A stretch of 63,961 nt of DNA, the filler included. It is 3 parts of 3 records of this genome, joined end to end, with 100 filler letters (N's around TTAATTAATTAA, not from the genome) between each part and the next. Parts side by side here need not be neighbours in the genome. Positions count along the whole stretch, not along the records: positions 42,379 to 63,961 come from SRR20825019_1821; 2 more parts are not named here. One strand, 5' to 3'. Each line of letters opens with the position of its first letter. Positions within the stretch are counted from its first letter, which is position 1. Shown here piece by piece: positions 42,517-51,153 of the stretch. A program made the position numbers and the translations under genes. The notes under the pieces were generated by a model, which saw only the letters and a list, made by a program, of their open reading frames with translations, did not search any database and was not told where the DNA came from.

Positions 42517-43218
42517 TCAGATATCCACCTCGTCATCGCCCAGACCATCAACCTCTCCCGCAGCGCGACGCAGGATGTCTGCAGCACGGCGCTGCTGGTC
42601 CTCACTGCCACGACGGGCCTTCTTGATCGCCTGTTTCAGCGCCTTGCGGGCCGCTTCCAGCTCTGGAACGGCATCCTGCATAGGCCGATCAGCCTGCGTC
42701 TCGCGTTCACCCCATTGCGGGGGCACATTGCCCTCTTCCGGATCGCCGGAAAACGGCCAGTCGGCCTTCACGAATTCGCGGAACCGGCTCATCTGCTCGC
42801 CCGTGCGCGCCAGAAAATCCAGCGTGCCGGCGACCGCCTCGCGATTGTCCTCGAGATGGCGCTTGCCCTCTTGGGTAATCGTATAAAGCTTCTTGTTGCC
42901 ATCAATGGCCGAGGTCACAAAGCCGGCCTCTTCAAGATAGGTCAGCGCCGGATAAACAATGCCGGGGCTGGGCGAATAAACGCCATTGGAGCGCTCCTCC
43001 ACCGCCTTGATCAGGTCATAGCCGTGCCGGGGCTGCTGCTCGATGAAATAGAGCGCCACCAGTCGCAGATCGCCCGAGGCCAGCATGCGTCCGACGCGGA
43101 AATTGCCGCCGACCTGGCCGAACTCTTCATCCGCCATACGGGCCATCCGGCCCCAGCCGCGCCGCGCCATGCGCTCGATTTGACGCCAGTTCGGCTCACC
43201 ATTCTTCCAGTAGCTCAT
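42517..43218 (-). CDS. PadR-family transcriptional regulator (YqjI-like)
   Basis: GDLRLVALYFIEQQPRHGYDLIKAVEERSNGVYSPSPGIVYPALTYLEE and KKLYTIT; RBS GGAG upstream. Confidence 0.92.
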   Translation of the reverse strand: MSYWKNGEPNWRQIERMARRGWGRMARMADEEFGQVGGNFRVGRMLASGDLRLVALYFIEQQPRHGYDLIKAVEERSNGVYSPSPGIVYPALTYLEEAGFVTSAIDGNKKLYTITQEGKRHLEDNREAVAGTLDFLARTGEQMSRFREFVKADWPFSGDPEEGNVPPQWGERETQADRPMQDAVPELEAARKALKQAIKKARRGSEDQQRRAADILRRAAGEVDGLGDDEVDI

Positions 43219-43230
43219 AACCTATCTCCA

Positions 43231-43297
43231 GATATATCATAAAGCCCTTCAATCCAGCAGATTGGTGCTTTTGGCCGCGCTTTCAAGATATATCTTG
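43231..43297. promoter_or_regulatory. Putative PadR autoregulatory operators
   Basis: GATATATC at 43231-43238 and a perfect 14-bp palindrome CAAGATATATCTTG at 43284-43297, both just upstream of the padR-like gene. Confidence 0.6.
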
Positions 43298-43360
43298 GGA
43301 ATCTTTGTGTCATCGCTACGGCCGTCTACGGCGCGACGTGCCGAAACGCCGGGCCGGCCA

Positions 43361-43390
43361 AACAAAAAACCCCGGGCTTTGGGCCCGGGG
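43361..43390 (-). terminator. Rho-independent terminator of the NDUFA9-like gene
   Basis: On the minus strand, CCCCGGGC-ccaaa-GCCCGGGG followed by TTTTTTGTT. Confidence 0.85.
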
Positions 43391-43423
43391 CGATAAACGT
43401 GCTGTTGCGCTTTGCGCCAGAGA

Positions 43424-44413
43424 TTAGGTCGGGATCACCGGCGAGCCGCCTTCGCGGTCGAACTCGCCATGGCGGCGGAAGCGCCACATATAGGTGGGCA
43501 GGATTTCGTCCATGCTGGTGGGCGCAATGTCAAAGGCGGACAGGGTGCGCTTTTCCTTCAGCGCGGCCTCGGACACGACATTGTCGACGCCCAGCAGTTC
43601 CACCTGATCGGGCGTGATCAGCGGCTTGAAGGGCAAAAAGCCGATCAGCGAGGCCATCATCTTCATCAGCCCCGAGGGCACCGAAACCAGCATCGGGTTG
43701 CGGCCCGCCTCGCGCAGAATACGCTGCATGAGCACTTTGTGGCTTTCCACGTCGGGCCCGCCCAATTCGTAGATGCGGCCCGTCTTGACCGCGCCCTGCG
43801 CCGCCTTGGCGATGGCTTCGGCCACGTCGCCCACAAAGACCGGCTGGAACAACGTCTTGCCCGAGATCAGCGGCATCACCGGCAGGATGCGGGCCAGCGA
43901 CCCCATCAAGTTGAAGAACCCGTCGCCCTGGCCGAACATCAGCGAGGGGCGGATGATGACCGCCTGCGGAAAGGCCGCGAGAACGGCCTCTTCACCCTGC
44001 AGCTTGGAAGCGGCATAGGCGCTGACATCGGCCGCCTTGTCGACACCCAAGGCCGAGAGATGCACCAGCGCCGTCGCGCCGGCCGCCTTGGCCGCGCGAG
44101 CCACCGCAGCCGCGCCATCGACATGCACGGCCTGGAAGCTCTGCTTGCCGGCCTGATGGCCAATGCCAACCAGATTGATGACGATGTCCGAGCCCGCCGC
44201 GGCGCGCTGCACCGAGGCTTCATTGCGCAGATTGGCCTGGATCGGCACGACCTGCCCGACACCGCCGAACATGCGTACGTCACCGGCCAGATCCGGGCGG
44301 CGCACCGCAACGCGAATGCGATGGCCCTGGCGGGCGAGCAATTGCACCAGATGGTTGCCGACAAATCCCGACCCACCGAAAATGGTGACGAGCTTGGGGG
44401 CATTGCGATCCAT
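43424..44413 (-). CDS. Complex I NDUFA9-family NAD(P)-binding SDR protein
   Basis: VTIFGGSGFVG Rossmann motif, RIRVAVRRP, YAASK, RPSLMFG and FQPVFVGDVA. Confidence 0.9.
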   Translation of the reverse strand: MDRNAPKLVTIFGGSGFVGNHLVQLLARQGHRIRVAVRRPDLAGDVRMFGGVGQVVPIQANLRNEASVQRAAAGSDIVINLVGIGHQAGKQSFQAVHVDGAAAVARAAKAAGATALVHLSALGVDKAADVSAYAASKLQGEEAVLAAFPQAVIIRPSLMFGQGDGFFNLMGSLARILPVMPLISGKTLFQPVFVGDVAEAIAKAAQGAVKTGRIYELGGPDVESHKVLMQRILREAGRNPMLVSVPSGLMKMMASLIGFLPFKPLITPDQVELLGVDNVVSEAALKEKRTLSAFDIAPTSMDEILPTYMWRFRRHGEFDREGGSPVIPT

Positions 44414-44589
44414 GGTGGGGCTCCGAGATCAGGCGAGACGATATTGGTTCCGCTTCTAGCCCAGCCCGACTGGTCCTGTCGAGCCTTGCTGCACGCGGCA
44501 AAGCCCGTTCCGGGCGGGAATATGTTTGGCCGCCCGCATGCCGAAAACTTGCGACGGTGCAAACTTCTGACAATCTATGTGAATGCGCA

Positions 44590-44618
44590 TTGACAATGCT
44601 CCGGCATCGCCATAGACA
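44590..44618 (+). promoter_or_regulatory. Sigma70-type promoter of tRNA-Leu
   Basis: TTGACA at 44590-44595, a 17-bp spacer, then TAGACA; lies 10 bp before the tRNA. Confidence 0.6.
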
Positions 44619-44628
44619 CACCGCCGTC

Positions 44629-44713
44629 GCCCAGATGGCGGAATTGGTAGACGCGCACGGTTCAGGTCCGTGTGCCGCAAGGCGTGAAGGTTCGAGTCCT
44701 TTTCTGGGCACCA
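44629..44713 (+). tRNA. tRNA-Leu (anticodon CAG)
   Basis: Acceptor stem GCCCAGA/TCTGGGC, anticodon arm CACGG-TTCAGGT-CCGTG, long variable arm, GGTTCGAGTCC, and encoded CCA. Confidence 0.97.
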
Positions 44714-44720
44714 ATTTCTT

Positions 44721-44756
44721 CAAAACCCCGATTGCAGCAATGCAGTCGGGGTTTTG
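44721..44756. terminator. Bidirectional terminator between tRNA-Leu and lnt
   Basis: CAAAACCCCGATTGCA-GCAA-TGCAGTCGGGGTTTTG, with a GNRA loop. Confidence 0.85.
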
Positions 44757-46373
44757 CTATTCGGGCCGCCGCCTGCGGCCGCGCCGCGAGGAGATGAACC
44801 CGGCCAAGATGCCGGCCAGCACGGCAATCAATACCGGCCAGTGCCGCACCGACTGGAACACGGTCCCTGCCAGCCGCTCATGCGGGCGCACATCGAGCAC
44901 GGCCATTTCCCCAGGCGCCAGTTCGGCTGTCACCCGGCCCAGCGGGTCGGTGGCAAAGGTCAGGCCCGTATTGGCGGCCCGCACCAGGCTCATGCCTTCT
45001 TCAATGGCGCGGAGCCGCGCGTGGTGGGCATGCTGGGCCGGACCAACCGAGCCATCGAACCAGGCATCATTGGTCAGGTTGAGCAGGAACTGCGCGCCTG
45101 CCGTATCCCCCAGATCGCCCGAAAAGATGATCTCGTAACACACCAGCACCAGCGGCGCCGGCGCCGCGGGCAGGTTCAACAGGCGCCGCCGCACATCACC
45201 GGGCGACCAGCCATCGGCCCCGGGCACGAATTGCTTGATGCCCAATTGCGCGAAGAATTCGGCAAAGGGCAGATATTCCCCGAACGGCACCAGGTGGGAC
45301 TTGTCATAGCTCGCCACCACCTCGCCCTCGGTGTCGATCGCCACCACTGAATTATGCGGCGGCGCTGTGTTCTCCTGCGGACCCGGCACAAAGGGACGGC
45401 GCGGCACCCCGGCCAACAGGCTCGCCTGTTCGGGCAGCAGGCGGGCAATGCGCGCCAGCGCCTCGGGATAGGTCTCGAGAAAGAATGGCAGGCTCGATTC
45501 GGGCCAGACCAGATGGGTAATGTCATCGAGCCCCTGGTCATTGGGGTTCATCCGCATGTCGCTCAGCATCAGCAGCCGGTCGATCAGCGCCACCGGGTCG
45601 ACATTGCCGAAATCGGCATGCTCATAGACCAGCGGCTGCACCAGCCGCAGCGCCATGTCCTGCCGCTCGGTCGACACCGTGCCGATCAGCCGGTTCCAGC
45701 CATAGCCAAGCTGGCCCGCGATCACCAGCAGCGCCAGGAAAACCGGCGCCAGCCGTTGTGACCAGCCGCGATTGTCGGCCGGCCAGACCAGGGCCGGGGT
45801 CATGGCCAGCAGTGGCGCCAGGAAAGTCAGCCCATAGACCCCGATTACAGAGGCCAATTGCATCATTTCGTCCGTCCCGGTCAGGCTGTAGCCCAACAGG
45901 TCAAAGGGGAAACCGCTGAACACATGGCCGCGCGCGTACTCGGCCGCGGTCAGCCAGGCGGCAAGCGTGAGGATCCGCACCCAGCCATGGCTCCAGCTCA
46001 AATGCGCCAGGGCGCTGGCCAGCCCCCAGAACAGCGCAATCATCGCCGCCAGCGCTACAATGGCGACGGGCATGGCCGCCAGCACCCAGCCGCCATCAAC
46101 AAAAAATGCTGCGCCAAGCCAATGGAACGCGACCAGGAAATAACCCAGGCCAAAGGCAAAACCGATGGAAAACGCCGGGCCGAACAGCCGCCGCCAGCCG
46201 CGCAGGCGCTCGGCCCCATCCAGCGCCCAGACCCAGATCGGCATGGCCACGAACAGCGCCGGCAGAATGAAGAATGGGGGTGCCGAGAGACCCGCAATGG
46301 CCCCGGCCAGCAACAGCAGCACAAAGCGGCGCCAGCCATGGCTGAGCATGGTGGTTTCGGCCAGCCAGGTCAT
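44757..46373 (-). CDS. lnt: Apolipoprotein N-acyltransferase
   Basis: Multiple TM helices; catalytic triad contexts WPES, YDKSHLVPFGEY and VCYE; TNDAWF and RAANTG. Confidence 0.95.
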   Translation of the reverse strand: MTWLAETTMLSHGWRRFVLLLLAGAIAGLSAPPFFILPALFVAMPIWVWALDGAERLRGWRRLFGPAFSIGFAFGLGYFLVAFHWLGAAFFVDGGWVLAAMPVAIVALAAMIALFWGLASALAHLSWSHGWVRILTLAAWLTAAEYARGHVFSGFPFDLLGYSLTGTDEMMQLASVIGVYGLTFLAPLLAMTPALVWPADNRGWSQRLAPVFLALLVIAGQLGYGWNRLIGTVSTERQDMALRLVQPLVYEHADFGNVDPVALIDRLLMLSDMRMNPNDQGLDDITHLVWPESSLPFFLETYPEALARIARLLPEQASLLAGVPRRPFVPGPQENTAPPHNSVVAIDTEGEVVASYDKSHLVPFGEYLPFAEFFAQLGIKQFVPGADGWSPGDVRRRLLNLPAAPAPLVLVCYEIIFSGDLGDTAGAQFLLNLTNDAWFDGSVGPAQHAHHARLRAIEEGMSLVRAANTGLTFATDPLGRVTAELAPGEMAVLDVRPHERLAGTVFQSVRHWPVLIAVLAGILAGFISSRRGRRRRPE

Positions 46374-46518
46374 GGGTACAAAAGGGGCGAATCACTGGGC
46401 ATGTGGGCAAGGTGGTCGCCGCCACTCAAGGCGTCAAGCCGGGTGCTTGGTGGTGGACTTGGCCCGCCTCTGGCGCTACTCCCAAAAGAGCGCTCCACCA
46501 GCCGGAGCGGGAGCCGCC

Positions 46519-47127
46519 ATGACCCAACCGATTACCCTTGCCATCGACACCGCCGCGCCGCGCCTGCAACTGGCCCTGTTGCGTGCCGATGGGCAGGTGG
46601 ATGTCGAACTGGTCGACATCGCCAAGGGTCATGCCGAAATCCTGTTTGGAAGGCTCGAGACCCTGTTGTCCCGCAATGGCCTTGGCCATGCGGATATCGC
46701 CCGCATCGCGGTCACCACCGGCCCGGGCTCTTTTACGGGCCTGCGGATTGGTCTGTCCGCGGCCCGGGGCCTGGGCGTGGCGCGCAACATCCCCGTGCTG
46801 GGCATCCCCAATCTGCTCGCCCTGTCCCTCTCGGCAGGCCCTGGCCCGGTGGCCGTGCTGCTCGATGCGCGGCGAGGCGAGGCCTATTTCGAGCGGTTTG
46901 AGACCCCCGGCGTCAGCCATGATGGTCCGCGCCTCCTGCCCATGGAGCAGGCTGTCGCTGCCGTGCCTGAGGGCGCAGCACTGATCCAGTCTCCCTTTGT
47001 CGACATTGCCGCCATGGCCCGCTTTGCCGCCGCAGCCGATCCGCTTGCCTTCCCGCCCCACGCCACCTATGTGCGCGATGCCGACGCCAAGCCACAGGAC
47101 GCGGCGCGCATACCGAGGCGGGCCTGA
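46519..47127 (+). CDS. tsaB: t6A biosynthesis protein TsaB
   Basis: LAIDT, GHAE, GPGSFTGLRIG and DARRGEAY; TGATG overlap with the next gene. Confidence 0.93.
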   Translation: MTQPITLAIDTAAPRLQLALLRADGQVDVELVDIAKGHAEILFGRLETLLSRNGLGHADIARIAVTTGPGSFTGLRIGLSAARGLGVARNIPVLGIPNLLALSLSAGPGPVAVLLDARRGEAYFERFETPGVSHDGPRLLPMEQAVAAVPEGAALIQSPFVDIAAMARFAAAADPLAFPPHATYVRDADAKPQDAARIPRRA

Positions 47128-47606
47128 TGCTCAAATTCTGGATGGCCCCAGGCGGGCTGCATGTCGAACCGGCCGAAACCCGTGACGCGCGGGAATTGGC
47201 GCGCATTCACGCGCTGAGCTTTTATCGCGGCTGGCCGAGCACGGAGTTCGAGAGCTTTCTGGCCGATCGGGCATGTCCTACCTATGTGGCCTGCGATGCG
47301 CGGCGAAGGATTGCCGGCTTTGCGCTGATCCGCATCGCCGCTGACGAGGCCGAACTGCTCACCATTGCCGTTGACCCCAAATGGCGCGGCAAGCGGGTCG
47401 GGCGGGCCTTGATGGATGCGGTCTTTGCCGATCTCATGCTGTCGCCGGTCCGGCGCATGTTCCTTGAGGTCGACGAGCAGAATGCCCCCGCCATCCGGCT
47501 CTACAAGGCGCTGGGATTTGAAGCCATTTCGACGCGGAAGGGATATTATCCCCGTCCCGATGGCAGCGCGGCCACCGCGCTTGTCATGGCCCGCGATCTT
47601 GGGTAA
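47127..47606 (+). CDS. rimI: RimI-like GNAT acetyltransferase
   Basis: DEAELLTIAV, RGKRVG, FLEVDEQNAPAIRLY and RKGYY. Confidence 0.88.
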   Translation: MLKFWMAPGGLHVEPAETRDARELARIHALSFYRGWPSTEFESFLADRACPTYVACDARRRIAGFALIRIAADEAELLTIAVDPKWRGKRVGRALMDAVFADLMLSPVRRMFLEVDEQNAPAIRLYKALGFEAISTRKGYYPRPDGSAATALVMARDLG

Positions 47607-47642
47607 CCGAACTTTTGTCAACCAAGGTCAGGGAGCGACGGC

Positions 47643-48095
47643 TTGAACAGAAACCCATCCGATCCCACCCTTGAGGAAGCCTGCGTTGCGCGCGGCATGC
47701 GCATGACCGAGCAGCGCCGCACCATTGCCCGGGTCATCGAGGAAGCGTCCGATCACCCCGATGTCGAAGAGCTTTATCGTCGCGCTTCGGCGCTCGATCC
47801 GCGCATCTCGCTCTCCACGGTCTATCGTACGGTGAACCTCTTCGAAGAGGCGGGGCTGGTCACCAAACATGACTTCAAGGACGGTCGCGCCCGCTTCGAG
47901 CTGATCCCGGATGAGCATCACGACCACCTCATCGACATTCGTACCGGCACGGTGATTGAGTTCCGCAACGAGGAAATCGAGGCCATCCAGGAGGTGATTG
48001 CCAAGCGCCTGGGCTACAAGCTGGTCGACCACCGCCTCGAACTCTATGCCGTGCCGCTCGACAGCAAGACGAAAAAGGACGAGCCTGCCAAATGA
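47643..48095 (+). CDS. fur: Fur-family metalloregulator (Fur/Mur)
   Basis: GMRMTEQRR, DHPDVEELY, STVYRT and HHDHLID; TTG start with an AGGGAG RBS. Confidence 0.93.
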   Translation: MNRNPSDPTLEEACVARGMRMTEQRRTIARVIEEASDHPDVEELYRRASALDPRISLSTVYRTVNLFEEAGLVTKHDFKDGRARFELIPDEHHDHLIDIRTGTVIEFRNEEIEAIQEVIAKRLGYKLVDHRLELYAVPLDSKTKKDEPAK

Positions 48096-48892
48096 TCTTC
48101 AGGATTGTTTTTTTCCTGTTTGTCTTCGTGCCGTTCATGCTGGTTGTCATCCCGCTCCAGGCCCTGATCCTGTGGCTCAAACTGCCCTTCTGGAACGTTC
48201 TGCCGCGCCTGTTTCACCGCCTGGGCTGCGTTTTCCTCGGCCTGCGGGTCAATGTCATCGGCGCCCCCTCGCATGGCCGCGCGACCCTGCTGGTTTCCAA
48301 CCACATCTCCTGGACCGACATTATCGCTATCGGCTCGGTGGCCGATGTCACCTTCGTCGCCAAACGCGAAGTGGGGAACTGGCCCTTTGTGGGCATGATG
48401 GCCAATCTCCAGCGCACCATCTATGTCGACCGCACAAGGCGCTCCGATGCCGGGCGCACGGCCCAGGCCATGGGCCAGCACATGGCCGGCGGCAATGCCG
48501 TGCTGCTGTTTGCCGAAGGCCAGTCCGATATCGGCACCCATGTGCTGCCTTTCCGCTCGGCGCTGATCGGCGCGGCCCAGCACGCCATGCTGGACGCCGG
48601 CGCCAGCGATGTGCTGATCCAGCCCCTCACCATCGCCTATACAAGGCTCCAGGGCCTCGCCGTCAGCCGCAATGAGCGTTCGCTGATCGCCTGGATCAAG
48701 TCCAAATCGGTCAGGCAGAATATCGCCGAAATTCTCTCCGGCCCGGTCAAGGATGTCACCGTGGCCTTCGGTGCGCCGATGCCGCTCAACCAGGGCGATG
48801 ACCGCAAGGCGGTCAGCAAGGCCGCGGAAAACCAGGTGCGTACCATGCTGGTGGCCCTCAATCGCGGCGGCGACGTACCAACACCGCCCTGA
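48092..48892 (+). CDS. plsC: 1-acyl-sn-glycerol-3-phosphate acyltransferase family
   Basis: NHISWTD (HxxxxD), FVAKRE and FAEG; ATGA overlap with fur. Confidence 0.85.
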   Translation: MIFRIVFFLFVFVPFMLVVIPLQALILWLKLPFWNVLPRLFHRLGCVFLGLRVNVIGAPSHGRATLLVSNHISWTDIIAIGSVADVTFVAKREVGNWPFVGMMANLQRTIYVDRTRRSDAGRTAQAMGQHMAGGNAVLLFAEGQSDIGTHVLPFRSALIGAAQHAMLDAGASDVLIQPLTIAYTRLQGLAVSRNERSLIAWIKSKSVRQNIAEILSGPVKDVTVAFGAPMPLNQGDDRKAVSKAAENQVRTMLVALNRGGDVPTPP

Positions 48893-48990
48893 TTGGAAAC
48901 AAGTTTACCGGTTAAGCCTAACACCTGTTCCCGCTTCCCTCATTAACCTCCTGTTAGCTATGACTTCTCCGCATCGAACAGGAGGACGCC

Positions 48991-49230
48991 ATGGTTTGGG
49001 AGCTCTTGGCCATCTGGGCCGTCGTCGCGGCGGCCCTGGTCTGGTTTTTCAAGGACGAGCGCAACGAGCAGCGCCGCAAGCTGAACGAACGCGCCCGCAC
49101 GCTTGCCACGACCCCGGCCTGGCACCAGAGCCGGCCGATGCAACCCGCGCGGATCACCCCGCGCGACCCGCAGCGCCAGACAGAAATTCAGCGCAAATTC
49201 CTCGAAGAAATGCGTCGCCAGCGGCAGTGA
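48991..49230 (+). CDS. Small membrane-anchored hypothetical protein
   Basis: RBS AGGAGG, an N-terminal hydrophobic helix, a basic tail and high GC3. Confidence 0.75.
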   Translation: MVWELLAIWAVVAAALVWFFKDERNEQRRKLNERARTLATTPAWHQSRPMQPARITPRDPQRQTEIQRKFLEEMRRQRQ

Positions 49231-49246
49231 GCGCACGTCCGGTTCC

Positions 49247-49504
49247 CTAGCCCGGAACAGTGCCCATGTGCTGCTTGAGGCGGCCCACGATATCGGCTGC
49301 CTTGACCATCAGGCCCAGCTCGATGTCCTCATCGCTCATGCCCGCCTGAACATCGAGCCACACCGGCACCATGATCTCGTGCCGGATTTCCTTCTCGCCG
49401 ATGGTTTCGGTCAGGACGGCCCGGACCTTTCCGGTCATGCGTTGGGCAAGGGTGGCATGGGGATGGCGTTCGGCCAGGGCGATATCGATCAATTCAAGAC
49501 TCAT
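49247..49504 (-). CDS. Hypothetical protein (85 aa)
   Basis: RBS GGAG before the ATG at 49504 and host-like codon usage. Confidence 0.7.
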   Translation of the reverse strand: MSLELIDIALAERHPHATLAQRMTGKVRAVLTETIGEKEIRHEIMVPVWLDVQAGMSDEDIELGLMVKAADIVGRLKQHMGTVPG

Positions 49505-49642
49505 GTTTGGCTCCGTAGAGCCCCCGGCGGCCAAACTGGCCGCCGATGGTTCATCGAGCCTTAACGCGGCTGCCCCCCACGGGGTTCTCCACAGGGACAG
49601 CTATATTTGTGATGGCTGTGGACCGGCAGGGGGCCGGCCAGA

Positions 49643-49685
49643 GCGTGATCCGCAAAAGTTGCAGACTTTTGCGGTTCGATCACGC
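49643..49685 (-). terminator. Long hairpin downstream of pncB
   Basis: CCGCAAAAGT-tgcag-ACTTTTGCGG, extended by GCGTGATC/GATCACGC; there is no U-tract. Confidence 0.5.
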
Positions 49686-49700
49686 GACCTTGCCAAGGCT

Positions 49701-51008
49701 CTAGACGCGGACGGCGTGTTCGATGCGGCCCGCGTCGCCGAAGACCCGCAGATAACGCGCGATTTCCTGGCTGTCACCTGTGGCCTTGGCCGGATTGTCC
49801 GAAAGCTTGACGGCGGGCCGGCCATTGGCCTCGCTCACCTTGGCGACAATCGAAATTGGCGTCAGGCCCGGATTGGGCTCGGGCGCGCAGCCTTCAAAAT
49901 CATTGGTCAGGTTCGTGCCCCAACCAAAGCTCATGCGCACCTTGCCATCGAAATGCAGATACGCTTCCTCGATCATGTCGACATCGAGCCCATCGGAAAA
50001 GATCAGCAGCTTCTCCTCCGGGTTGCGGCCTCGCGCCTTCCAGAAGTCGATGATCTTTTCACCGCCGTAAATGGCCGGTGCGCTGTCGGGCCGGAAGCCG
50101 GTCCAGTCAGCCACCCAGTCCGGCGCATCGCGGAGAAACGCGTCGGTTCCGAAAGCATCCGGGAGGACAATAAGAAGATTGCCGCCGTAATAGCTCTTCC
50201 AGTCCTGCAGCACCCGATAGGGGGCTTCGCGCAGCTCCTCATCGGAGCGGGCCAGCGCCGCCAGCACCATAGGCAGCTCATGGGCATTGGTGCCCAGCGC
50301 CTCGAGATCATTGTCCATGGCCAGCTTCACATTTGAGGTGCCGGTCATGTTGGCGCCGATCCCTTCCTTGAGCGCCTCGACGCACCAGCGTTGCCAGAGG
50401 AAGGAATGCCGCCGCCGCGTGCCGAAGTCGGAGATCTTCAAATCCGGCAGCTTTTGCAGCCGCTCCACCTTCTCCCACATCTTGGCCTTGGCGCGGGCAT
50501 AGAGCACGTCCAGCGTGAACGGCCCATAACGCTTCATGGCGGCACGGCCACGCAGTTCATTGATGATCGCCAGCGCCGGGATTTCCCACATGGTGGTTTC
50601 AACCCACAGCCCCGGAAACTCCAGCACGAACTGGCCGTCGCGCCTTTCCAGCCGGTATTCGGGGAGCTGGAAGTTTTCCAGCCAGCGCAGGAAGCCGGGT
50701 TGGAAGATCTGGCGCGAGCCGTAGAACGTGTTACCCGCCAGCCAGATCATTTCCTTTTTCGAAAAGCGCAGGCTGCGGCAATGATCCAGCTGCGCGCGCA
50801 ATTCGTCGATGTCGATTTCATCGGCCAGCCGCACCGAGGTGGTGCGGTTGATCAGGCTGAATGTCGCCTCGACCTTGGGATAGAGCCCCCAGACCATCTG
50901 CAACATTAAGAGCTTGTAGAAATCGGTGTCCAGCAGGCTCCGCACGATCGGATCGAGCTTGAAGGTGTGGTTGTAAACCCGGCGGGCAATATCGGTATAG
51001 GTGGCCAT
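49701..51008 (-). CDS. pncB: Nicotinate phosphoribosyltransferase
   Basis: [37 protein letters not shown] and VKLSDN. Confidence 0.95.
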   Translation of the reverse strand: MATYTDIARRVYNHTFKLDPIVRSLLDTDFYKLLMLQMVWGLYPKVEATFSLINRTTSVRLADEIDIDELRAQLDHCRSLRFSKKEMIWLAGNTFYGSRQIFQPGFLRWLENFQLPEYRLERRDGQFVLEFPGLWVETTMWEIPALAIINELRGRAAMKRYGPFTLDVLYARAKAKMWEKVERLQKLPDLKISDFGTRRRHSFLWQRWCVEALKEGIGANMTGTSNVKLAMDNDLEALGTNAHELPMVLAALARSDEELREAPYRVLQDWKSYYGGNLLIVLPDAFGTDAFLRDAPDWVADWTGFRPDSAPAIYGGEKIIDFWKARGRNPEEKLLIFSDGLDVDMIEEAYLHFDGKVRMSFGWGTNLTNDFEGCAPEPNPGLTPISIVAKVSEANGRPAVKLSDNPAKATGDSQEIARYLRVFGDAGRIEHAVRV

Positions 51009-51153
51009 CAGTGTCCCCAAAACGCGCCGCGCTTTGTAGCTTCGCGCCGAGCCGAAGGCAAATTCGCTCCAGTGGAGCGAATTTAGGCAAGAAGGCCAAG
51101 AGCGCTATGCGCGAATGGCGGTGCGTCGGAAACGGTTCGCTATGCGCCCAGGC

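Noticed and set aside
44629..44760. tRNA-Leu as an integration site for an island
   Set aside because: No integrase or duplicated tRNA 3' end was seen, and the flanking genes are housekeeping.
49584..49625. DnaA-box-like TTCTCCACA as a replication origin
   Set aside because: Only one near-consensus box, with no AT-rich unwinding region and no origin-linked genes beside it.
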